From Candidatus Bathyarchaeia archaeon (lineage in GTDB: Archaea > Thermoproteota > Bathyarchaeia > Bathyarchaeales > Bathycorpusculaceae), in contig JAVZLM010000001.1 of assembly GCA_038883775.1 (NCBI GenBank), positions 161,241-225,240 on the forward strand: DNA of 64,000 nucleotides. The letters run 5' to 3'. Each line of letters opens with the position of its first letter. The stretch's first letter is position 1. Both the position numbers and the translations under genes were made by a program. Shown in pieces: positions 1 through 8,646 of this stretch. The notes under the pieces are model-generated. The model ran no database searches and was not told the DNA's origin. It was given only the letters and a program-made list of their open reading frames with translations.

Positions 1-5
1 CAGAC

Positions 6-1151
6 ATGCTCCTCCTCATAATTTTGGGCATGCTGTTTGGACCAGTTTTCGGTTGGGTGGACGCCTCTTCTATCATGGGTTTGGCTCCATATTTGGCTGC
101 TTTGGCATTGGTTTTCATATTGTTTGATGGCGGGATGGCTATGAATATTTATCGTGTTTTCGCCGAAAGTCCCAGAGCCTTCATTCTTGCCATAGTCGGA
201 TTTGTGTTAAGCGTCATTGCAACAACACTATTTATGGCTTACATAGTGATTCCGTCGGATGTGCCAATTTTGTATTCTGTTCTGTTTGGAACGATTTTTG
301 GAGGAAGCTGTAGTGTTGCAATAATTCCCTTAACTTCACGCCTTAAAATCAGTGAAAAATGTTCAACAGTCTTAAGTCTCGAATCTGCACTTACGGATAT
401 TTTTTGTATAGTTTTTTCATTGGTAATCATAGAAATAATATTAAAAGGTGCCGTGGACTTAACAACAATCGGACAATCAATTGCAAGTCGATTCTCAACT
501 GGGATAGTGCTTGGAATAATTTTCGGCCTAATCTGGTTAAGCGTATTAAAGCGAATTGCAAAAGCCTCTTACGTTTACATACTCACCTTGGCTGTGGTGC
601 TTTTAGCTTATTCCCTTTCCGAATTTTTAGGTGGAAGTGGTTCCCTCTGTTCCCTCCTGTTTGGCATTATGTTGGGTAATGAAAAGGAGATTTACAAAAT
701 TCTTAGGATGGAGAGACCCCCAAACATGGTGGTAGATGTGGGATTAAAAAGGTTTGAGTCCGAAGTTGCTTTCCTTTTAAGAACCTTCTTTTTTGTCTAT
801 ATAGGTTTAATTGTGTCAATTACTGATGTTGCAATTGTGATAACTGGAATAATTCTTTCACTTATACTTCTTTTGGTTAGATTTGGCGCTGTGGCATTAA
901 CAACTGTCCGCAGCGATGACCTCGCAAAGGAACGGTTGATTATGAGCGTAATGCTGACAAGGGGCTTAGCGGCGGCTGTTTTGGCAACATTACCACTACA
1001 ATATGCTGATCCATTAAAATATCCAGAAGCAAGTTCCATTTTTGAGGTTTTGTCGCCCATCTACATCAATCTTGCGGTTATAGTAATTTTGGCTACCGCA
1101 ATAATAGCTACTGTGGGCATTCCATTACTTAAACGAAGGGCAGAATCATAG
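6..1151 (+). CDS. CPA1/NhaP-type cation:proton antiporter (true start probably upstream of the window)
   Basis: Many TM helices; LFDGG, LSLESALTDI, FFFVYIG and TRGLAAAVLA motifs of archaeal NhaP. Confidence 0.85.
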   Translation: MLLLIILGMLFGPVFGWVDASSIMGLAPYLAALALVFILFDGGMAMNIYRVFAESPRAFILAIVGFVLSVIATTLFMAYIVIPSDVPILYSVLFGTIFGGSCSVAIIPLTSRLKISEKCSTVLSLESALTDIFCIVFSLVIIEIILKGAVDLTTIGQSIASRFSTGIVLGIIFGLIWLSVLKRIAKASYVYILTLAVVLLAYSLSEFLGGSGSLCSLLFGIMLGNEKEIYKILRMERPPNMVVDVGLKRFESEVAFLLRTFFFVYIGLIVSITDVAIVITGIILSLILLLVRFGAVALTTVRSDDLAKERLIMSVMLTRGLAAAVLATLPLQYADPLKYPEASSIFEVLSPIYINLAVIVILATAIIATVGIPLLKRRAES

Positions 1152-1213
1152 TTGCATGTTATTCGTAAAACATTTAAACCAAACATATCCTTAACATTGT
1201 AAATCGGTGAACC

Positions 1214-2839
1214 TTGTCTCAAAAAATTCAAAAGCTAATTCTTCCTTTTTCGGTTCCGTCGGAAAATCGTACAGAACCCTTCTCAAGCGAGATGGAAAAG
1301 GGCGCCATTTACTGTTTGGCCGAGTTAGAGCGCGAAAGAGGTGGCGGTTTAATATTAAAAAAGCCTGAGGAGAAACTGGTTTTTCTGGCTAAGTTCGGTT
1401 ATCCATTATGGGTTTTGCAGTGGGACTATTTAAGCCTAATCTTTGATGGGTTAAAAACAAAGGTGCATAATCTGACTTACAAAATTGTTCCCGACGTGAA
1501 AAATTTCATGGAGAATGTGCAGAGGAGCTCAAAAAGCATAGAGACTTACATAACTTTTCTGTCTGACAACATTAACTATTTTCAAATTTCAGCAAGCGAA
1601 AAAACGATGACGATTGATGCGCTTATTACAGAACCAAACTTCCTTAACGAGTTTAGCTTATACCTTTCAGAGATTACCGCGGTTGAGGCTTCGTCTTTTG
1701 ATATGGTGTTTTTGCCACCAGTCATCGATGAAATCGCAATTTTATCTGCTGTTCAAGAGCTTGGAAACCTAAAATCACAATTTGAAGAGGATGTCGCACT
1801 TCTTTACAATAGCATGAAACTCCTAAACAAAACAACCCGCAACTTCGTTAAAACATTACGTGGCAAAATAAGAGCAGTCAAAGAAGAAGTCAACAGCGAA
1901 ATTGAAAAGCAAAAAGAGGCTATAATGCCAAAGGTTGAACGCATAAACGAAGAATATGATGAGCTAATAACTCAGCTAACAAGAAATTTTGAGAAGCAAC
2001 TCCTTTCCCTACAAAAGGAGAAGGTAAAATATGAAAAACTTAGAGAGCAAACTCTCACAAAAATTGAACGATGCAAAATGGAAGCAAAAACATGCGCCGC
2101 TAATAAGGATAGTGTTGGCGAAAGGAAATGGAAAGAGAAAGAGGCGGAAGGCAGAAAAGAGTTTTCTGAAATTGAAGTTAAGATAGAGGAACTTGAAGGG
2201 AAGATAAAGGAAATAGAAGATAACAAGTCTGCTGAAACTTTTAGATTAAGGTCTGAATGGGAAGCCAAAATTAAAGAAGCCCAGAAGGAGTTGCTGGAGC
2301 TTGAAGCCTCGAGGGATGCTAAAATCCAACTTCATATACAAGAAATGGAAAAGCTGGAAAAACAGACTTCTGCCATAATTGAGCAAATTAATAAAATGGC
2401 TAAAATGAGGGAAATGGAAATTTCCAATTTTGAAACTTTGGGAATCAGACAAACACGGGTGAAAAGCGCTTTAATCTACATACCTTTCTACGTGGCTTGT
2501 TACCAGTCTGAATCAAAAAAGCGTTATGTTTTATTTCCACCGTCAATAGTGAACAGTGTAAGTTTTTTAGCGAAGATTAAAGGAGCCTTAGGCAAGACAA
2601 AAGTTAAACAGCTCCTCGTTCCAAGGTTCAAAACTATAACACTCTTCCTCCAACAACTTCCCACAATAATCGCGCGTGATGCGGTTTTTGAGAGAGAAAT
2701 AAGTGAAAGTGGCGAAAAAGCTGACATTTTAAAAACTAATGTGATACGTGAAAAAATCAAAAGCGGGCTTGAAAAGCTCAAGACAGAAGGATGGTTTTCA
2801 GAAAAGGAGCATGAGGCTATTAAACAAGGATTGACTTAA
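1214..2839 (+). CDS. Hypothetical protein with long central coiled coil
   Basis: 541-aa ORF; E/K-rich heptad region about aa 180-400 flanked by globular segments. Confidence 0.7.
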   Translation: MSQKIQKLILPFSVPSENRTEPFSSEMEKGAIYCLAELERERGGGLILKKPEEKLVFLAKFGYPLWVLQWDYLSLIFDGLKTKVHNLTYKIVPDVKNFMENVQRSSKSIETYITFLSDNINYFQISASEKTMTIDALITEPNFLNEFSLYLSEITAVEASSFDMVFLPPVIDEIAILSAVQELGNLKSQFEEDVALLYNSMKLLNKTTRNFVKTLRGKIRAVKEEVNSEIEKQKEAIMPKVERINEEYDELITQLTRNFEKQLLSLQKEKVKYEKLREQTLTKIERCKMEAKTCAANKDSVGERKWKEKEAEGRKEFSEIEVKIEELEGKIKEIEDNKSAETFRLRSEWEAKIKEAQKELLELEASRDAKIQLHIQEMEKLEKQTSAIIEQINKMAKMREMEISNFETLGIRQTRVKSALIYIPFYVACYQSESKKRYVLFPPSIVNSVSFLAKIKGALGKTKVKQLLVPRFKTITLFLQQLPTIIARDAVFEREISESGEKADILKTNVIREKIKSGLEKLKTEGWFSEKEHEAIKQGLT

Positions 2840-2873
2840 CAAACATTTTCGAGAAATTAAATGAAGTTTAATC

Positions 2874-4696
2874 TTAAGAAGAAAGTTTTTTCTCCACCAA
2901 TGCCAACGCTAGTTCAGCATAATCGATTGAATTATGAATTGCGTCGCAAACTCGGTTTTTTTCTCTTATAAATTTCGTCTCCCAAAGCTTAAAATCTTCG
3001 TCTCTTTCATCCAACTCGGTGATTTTTTTGATTGAAACATAAAGTCTTGGAATGGGTTTCTGGGCGATTATATAGCCGTAGGGGTCCTGGCCATATCTCC
3101 CGGCTTCAGACCATAACACATGAGAGAGCTCGTAGCTCATCTTCATTAAGGATTTATTAAGCAAGTGGGTAATTTCCTCTATTTTTTCTTTATCTTCAAA
3201 TTCCTCGTAGCATTTTTCTATTTTCTGTCGATATTCGTTCATTTTTTCTGCTACTTTTTTTAACTTTTCAGTTTTTTTAATTAAATCGCTAAAGTTTAAT
3301 CTTCGTTCAAGCTTATTTAGTTCCTTTAAGTCTTGCATGAGCTTGTCAGCTACTAAAACAAAGTTGTACGGAATCACGAGCGCATTACATAACCTGAGTA
3401 TAAGTAAAGTGTAAAAAAGTAAATGTTTCGAAAATAGCTCTTTATCTATTTTGTCTAGGGTGTCTGCTTCGCTATGTATCCAAGGGCTTAAAGAAGCCCA
3501 ATTTAGCTCTTTCAGTTTTTCCGAGGTGTAACCAGTATAAAACGATAGGTACGGAATGCCTATTCCGAAGAAGGATTCGTCCCCTCCTTTATATGCGTCA
3601 TGCCATTCGCCTTCTCCCCAGAACTCTTTTACAGTATTCTCAAGAAAATCTTTGATTATCGTTACGCCATGCATTATCGGAATACTGGTTTCTGCTATTC
3701 CGGGATTGTCGATGTTTACATAAGCTATGCAGTTGCCTCTAAGTTCATCCCAGCTGGTATCAACAAACCATGTGGATCCCGCAGCTTCAGCTACTTCGTG
3801 GCCATCCCAAAATGCGAAGATGATGCTTCTCCTTAACTTATTTCTGTGTTTTGCAAGGACTCTTGCTAACTCTAAGGTTAGTGAGTTACCAGAGGAGTTA
3901 CAAATTGCTGTTTTTCCCCATGCTTCAAGATGCCCGCCAACTAAAACAAATTCTTCGAGGCCTTCTCTTCCTCTAAGTATTCCAATGGGCTGATAGGCTT
4001 TAACCCATTCACGTGTCGCTTCCGCCCGAAGCCACACTCTGACGTTCCCCTTTTGGGAAAGTCTTTTCAGGTATTCTCCAGCAGTTCTCGTTATGCTTAT
4101 CACCGTTATTTGAGGAATCTTTTTGAATGTTTCTGGAGTGGGGTTGCCCCACACCGACTTAATAGCGCCCAATTGAATGACGGGATTATCAGCTCTTCCC
4201 CAATTCATTATGATCATAGCCTTCGCTCTTTTTTCACACGCTATTCTCGCTTTTTCAGGTCGCGGAGGCGCCCAGGTCATATCTACAAGCACAATCTTGT
4301 CTCTAACATCTTTTTCAATATAGTTTTCATATCCACCTGCCCAACATAGACGAGTTCACCTTCAATTCCCTCAGGCAGTGTTGAAACAATGTGACAAAAT
4401 GGTTTTGCGTGTATAACCCTGGTTTCGGGGTGTAGAACTCTGAGTTCTGCATTAATGGGGTAGCTATGATAAATGTAGAAATTGTCTATTCTTGCTTCTA
4501 ATTCGTAGGATTCCAGTTCTTTTCTGATGTATTCTGCCGCCTGCCTCATTTTTTCTGTCCCTGCAGGCCTTTCTCCAATCTCATTAACTAGAAACTCCAT
4601 ATGTTTAAACGCTTCTTCCAGTGACAACTCCTTTAGAATTTCCTTTTCAACGAGTTTCAGTTTAACTCCTCCGTTTAAATCTAATGTTTTTACCAC
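2874..4696 (-). pseudogene. M28 family (PA-domain) aminopeptidase split by a 1-nt frameshift (pseudogene or sequencing error)
   Basis: ORFs 4283..4696 (GERPAGT, GELVYVG) and 2874..4292 (GGHLEAW, WDGHE, YVNID, HSEADT) join as VGAGGYENYIEKDVRDKIVLVDMTWAPP if one base is added to the CCC run at 4340-4342. Confidence 0.8.
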
Positions 4697-4900
4697 AATA
4701 TTTAATGTTCTCTTTTATTTTTAAACTGTAAAAAGCTTCCCTTGTCTTTAATAAGTCAATAACAATTACTGTGAAGCTTCTTTTCTTCAGCTTTCATTGT
4801 GTTAGTTCGCGACGTTGCTGCCTCTGCAATTATTGTTTAAACCTCAAATAAAGTAAGAATTAAATATTACAAACCAGCATTACCCTTAAGAGGGAAAAAT

Positions 4901-7264
4901 ATGAAGAATAAAAAAGGAATAATGCTAGTTATGGCTTTAGTTGCTTTGACAAGTCTTATACTTATGCCAGGTGTTTACGCAACGAATCCGCCACCAAATC
5001 CTTATGAACTTATAGTTGATAGACTTTCGGGTTATCTTGTTGCTACGCTAGACAGTCACAACTCTTACGATGGACCGAGTGGTGAGTTGATTCAGAACGT
5101 TTATGATCCTTTGATTTACTGGGAGGGTGAACCTTACGATGTCTTCGTTCCTAAATTGGCTACGCAGGTTTGGATTGCTCCTCCCGACCCAACAGCACCC
5201 CCATACACAAACTTCACCATCTACTTCAAAATACGCGAAAACGTACTCTTCCACAACAAATGTAGAACTGACTACCCGATGGACTGGTCAAACCTAGCTC
5301 CAATCTACCTAACACCGGAAGACGTGGAATACAGCTTTGAACGCTTGCTGGTACATGATTACGCAAACGGTGCTCAATGGATGGTTTTTGAAGCAGTTTT
5401 AGGAGTTGAACAAGCAGATACTTCATGGCCGAGTAATGAGAGTAACCCCATTAACTTGGCCTTCGAAAGCAACGCAACCCACTTCTGGATGAACATCGCA
5501 AACAGGGGCTTTGCCCCATCCCAAGGAACAACATCTTTCACACCCATCCAACTGTTCGACCAAACAGGCCGCCAAAGAGCCACATTCTGGCAAGAATTGA
5601 GTAATGCTAAATTATGTTATCCAATAGCGATAACGCTTCAAGTGATTGGAGAACCTTGGTTCCTAATTGTTAGTAAGCGTTGGACTCTTGAATGGCTCAT
5701 CCCAACAGGCACCGCTCAAGGCCTGGACCTAAACGAAACCGCACCAGGAACACAAATCGACTGGCCCGGAACATGGGACAATTGGATAGACTACGAAGGC
5801 TGGGCCGAAAGCCCCTACGACAAAATAGGCACAGAAAAACCAGGCGTGGTCTGCGGAACAGGCCCATACATCCTAGACAGGTACGACCCAACACTAACTG
5901 GAGGATATTCATTAGTGAAAAATGACAACTATTGGGGAGGGTGGCCAGCTAGTTATCCAAATCCACCATACGTGCCTCAACCAGCCAGCGGGCTTAAACC
6001 AGCAGGCTATGTAACACGAGTAACGGTTAGACAGCAGACGTTAACGAACTTGATATCTAATATGATCGCTGGAGATTGTGACCTTACGTTTCCTCCAAGT
6101 CCTAATATGGGTCAGCTTCATGTTGGTAATGACCGGAATGCTGAGACACTTCCTGGTATAAGGCTTGACTATCCATGCTTCCTCTTTAGTATGGGTTCTT
6201 TGCATCCGACTTTTGACATTACCCCAACACCTGACAACAGATATGGCAAAATAAACGATTACGGCGTTTACACCTCCGACGGAATACCAAGAGATTTCTT
6301 CAACGACACCCACATCCGCAAAGCCTTCTTCTACCTCGTAAATCACTCCGTACTCATCGACGAATACTTCTTAGGCGAAGCCTACCAACCTAACACCATA
6401 GTACCCATGGGCCTCAAATACCAAAACCCAGACCAAGAAGGCTACAAACTAAATATAACCCGCGCCGTAGAAGAATTTAACCAAGCCAACCCAGCCGTAA
6501 GAGAAACCGGCTTCACTGTAACCCTAATCTACGCCTTAGCCCTAGAAGAAGGAAGAGTCATATTAGAAGATCTAGCAGCAAGAATCAACCAAATAGGGCA
6601 AGACTACTTCAACGGAAAATTCCACGCAACTGTTATGGGCATATCATGGACTGAGTTCTTCCCCGCTTGGGTTAACCTTTGGTTGCCGTTCTGGCATATG
6701 ACTTGGGGAGCGGACTACGCTGATATACACAATTTCGCTCAACCCTTCATGCACAGTAGAGGAGTCTATCCAATGTTCCAAGGATATCATAATGACTACT
6801 TGGATAGCCTAGTTGAAGCCGGAATAACGGCGCCTGAGGGTCCAGAAAGGCAAGCCATATACTACGAGGCGCAGAGAATATACTTCGAAGAAGCCATTGG
6901 CCTCCCACTTGACGTTCCAGTCTTTAGGCGATATTTGAGAGAATGGGTTGCTGGAAGATATTACAACGCACTTTACCAAGGCATGGTTTATGCTTATAAC
7001 TTGTGGAAGTGGGAGTACATCCGCGGCAATGTCAATTGCGACGACAAAGTCTTCATGGATGACATCCTCGCCATTATCGACGCCTTCGGCTCCTACTACG
7101 GCAAGGCAGGATTACCAAAGTTTCACCAAAGATGGAACTTCCGCTGTGACATACCAGGCAACCCGAGAGAAACATGGACTGACAGAAAAATTGATATGTA
7201 CGATATAACAGCAGCCCTAGACAACTTCGGAAAAACCCAAACACCATGGCAACCACCACCCTAA
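4901..7264 (+). CDS. dppA: Peptide ABC transporter substrate-binding protein (family 5) with C-terminal dockerin-like domain
   Basis: Signal peptide ending VYA; TLD/LTPEDVEYSFER, GTGPY, WGADYAD, RQAIY motifs; C-terminus GNVNCDDKVFMDDILAIIDAFG...DRKIDMYDITAALDNFGK. Confidence 0.88.
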   Translation: MKNKKGIMLVMALVALTSLILMPGVYATNPPPNPYELIVDRLSGYLVATLDSHNSYDGPSGELIQNVYDPLIYWEGEPYDVFVPKLATQVWIAPPDPTAPPYTNFTIYFKIRENVLFHNKCRTDYPMDWSNLAPIYLTPEDVEYSFERLLVHDYANGAQWMVFEAVLGVEQADTSWPSNESNPINLAFESNATHFWMNIANRGFAPSQGTTSFTPIQLFDQTGRQRATFWQELSNAKLCYPIAITLQVIGEPWFLIVSKRWTLEWLIPTGTAQGLDLNETAPGTQIDWPGTWDNWIDYEGWAESPYDKIGTEKPGVVCGTGPYILDRYDPTLTGGYSLVKNDNYWGGWPASYPNPPYVPQPASGLKPAGYVTRVTVRQQTLTNLISNMIAGDCDLTFPPSPNMGQLHVGNDRNAETLPGIRLDYPCFLFSMGSLHPTFDITPTPDNRYGKINDYGVYTSDGIPRDFFNDTHIRKAFFYLVNHSVLIDEYFLGEAYQPNTIVPMGLKYQNPDQEGYKLNITRAVEEFNQANPAVRETGFTVTLIYALALEEGRVILEDLAARINQIGQDYFNGKFHATVMGISWTEFFPAWVNLWLPFWHMTWGADYADIHNFAQPFMHSRGVYPMFQGYHNDYLDSLVEAGITAPEGPERQAIYYEAQRIYFEEAIGLPLDVPVFRRYLREWVAGRYYNALYQGMVYAYNLWKWEYIRGNVNCDDKVFMDDILAIIDAFGSYYGKAGLPKFHQRWNFRCDIPGNPRETWTDRKIDMYDITAALDNFGKTQTPWQPPP
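7040..7107 (+). repeat. 68-bp exact repeat, copy 1 (dockerin repeat 1); copy 2 at 10795-10862
   Basis: Base-by-base comparison gacgacaaagtc...ctacggcaaggc. Confidence 0.95.
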
Positions 7265-7279
7265 CAATACGAACAAAAC
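7180..7279 (+). repeat. 100-bp exact repeat, copy 1 (dockerin repeat 2, stop codon and 15 nt of 3' flank); copy 2 at 10935-11034
   Basis: Base-by-base comparison tgacagaaaaattg...ctaacaatacgaacaaaac. Confidence 0.95.
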
Positions 7280-7282
7280 CCA

Positions 7283-7323
7283 TTATTTCTCTATCCATTT
7301 CTGTTCTTTTTATAATATTTTTA
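7283..7323 (+). terminator. Probable archaeal T-rich terminator after the first SBP gene
   Basis: Pyrimidine/T tracts directly after the stop codon. Confidence 0.4.
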
Positions 7324-7365
7324 TAGTAAATACCTAAAAAATAAGCAATAAGTAACGTTAAAATG

Positions 7366-8430
7366 CTAAAGTTTTTTAAGAGTCTTAGTTAAAATTTCAA
7401 CATGATCGCCCACATACACATCATCTTCTATTCTGACTCCTCCTAAATCAGGAATGTATATTCCCGGTTCCACTGTAAACACATATCCCCTCTTCACTTT
7501 CTCTGTTGTGGTCATACTAACAATCGGTTCATCATGCCCCAATCCAAGTCCATGACCAATGCAGTGGGTGAAGTATTCATCGTAACCATACTCTTTAAAA
7601 AGCGACCGGCATCTCTCTTCAACTAGCCTTAAATCTTGCCCAATCTTTATCGCTTTTATAGCTTCTTCTTGCCCCTCTACTACAATGTCAAGAATCTCTA
7701 AAAGCTTCTCTGAAACATTGCCCACCGGATATGTTCTGGTCAAATCAGAGAAGTACCCCTCGTAGACTGCTCCAAAATCACAAATCACAAGCTCTCCCTC
7801 CGAGAGTTTCTTGTTTGTAGGTATATGATGGGGAAACGCGGAATTTTTTCCAGCTGCTATTATAGTCGGAAAACTCATCAGTTGAGCTCCCTTAGATCGC
7901 ACAACCCGATCAATTTCAATTGCTATTTCAGCTTCAGTCTTTCCCTCCCTTAGAATCTCCTCTACAAGGATCTTAGCGCCGTAGTCAACCAACTCTGCAG
8001 CTTTCCTAAGCTTTTCCACCTCATCTGGCTGTTTGCAGGCTCTCATCTCTCGAATGAAATCATCCTTTTCCACCCTTATACCACTAATCTTATACTCCTC
8101 ATCGCAAAGAATGCTCTTTACATTGAGGTTCATAAGAAGCTTTTTAACCATTTCATTCTCAACTTTTGGATTAGGTGCAACATCTGGGTAAAATCTCACA
8201 TCCTTAATTGCACAGTGTTCTTTCACCCTGTTCTTTTCAAGAGGATATGCCAAGCCCACAGGATCGCCATCCGCTGGGATAATAACATGATTCAACAACG
8301 TATAGAAGGGCAGGTGAGTGGAAGAGAGGTAACGAATGTTTTCTGGCTGTTTAACAAGGAATGCATCAAATTCTCTTTCAACGAGCATCTCCCGAATTGT
8401 AGACCATCGCCTTTCGTAGTAGTTTAGCAT
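7366..8430 (-). CDS. pepP: Xaa-Pro aminopeptidase/prolidase (M24B)
   Basis: PHH, DFGAVYEGYFSDLTRT, HCIGHGLGL, TVEPGIY, GGVRIEDD metal-ligand motifs. Confidence 0.9.
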   Translation of the reverse strand: MLNYYERRWSTIREMLVEREFDAFLVKQPENIRYLSSTHLPFYTLLNHVIIPADGDPVGLAYPLEKNRVKEHCAIKDVRFYPDVAPNPKVENEMVKKLLMNLNVKSILCDEEYKISGIRVEKDDFIREMRACKQPDEVEKLRKAAELVDYGAKILVEEILREGKTEAEIAIEIDRVVRSKGAQLMSFPTIIAAGKNSAFPHHIPTNKKLSEGELVICDFGAVYEGYFSDLTRTYPVGNVSEKLLEILDIVVEGQEEAIKAIKIGQDLRLVEERCRSLFKEYGYDEYFTHCIGHGLGLGHDEPIVSMTTTEKVKRGYVFTVEPGIYIPDLGGVRIEDDVYVGDHVEILTKTLKKL

Positions 8431-8646
8431 TTTTCTTCACTTCGGCAAAGAAATCTATCGTATAATGTTATATGTTTTTCGGGAGTCCTTCGGCTCTGAT
8501 AAAACATTATTAGTACAACATCTTCTTCAATTGGCTATAACTTTAGTCTTAATAGTATAGAGATTTTTGATTTTAGAAACTGTTAAATATACTTAATAAA
8601 CTACTTACATTGTTTTAGATTAAGAAATTTAGTAGAGGGAAGAGAA

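Noticed and set aside
4330-4350. Programmed ribosomal frameshift in the M28 gene
   Set aside because: No slippery heptamer or evident downstream structure at the inferred junction; an indel is simpler.
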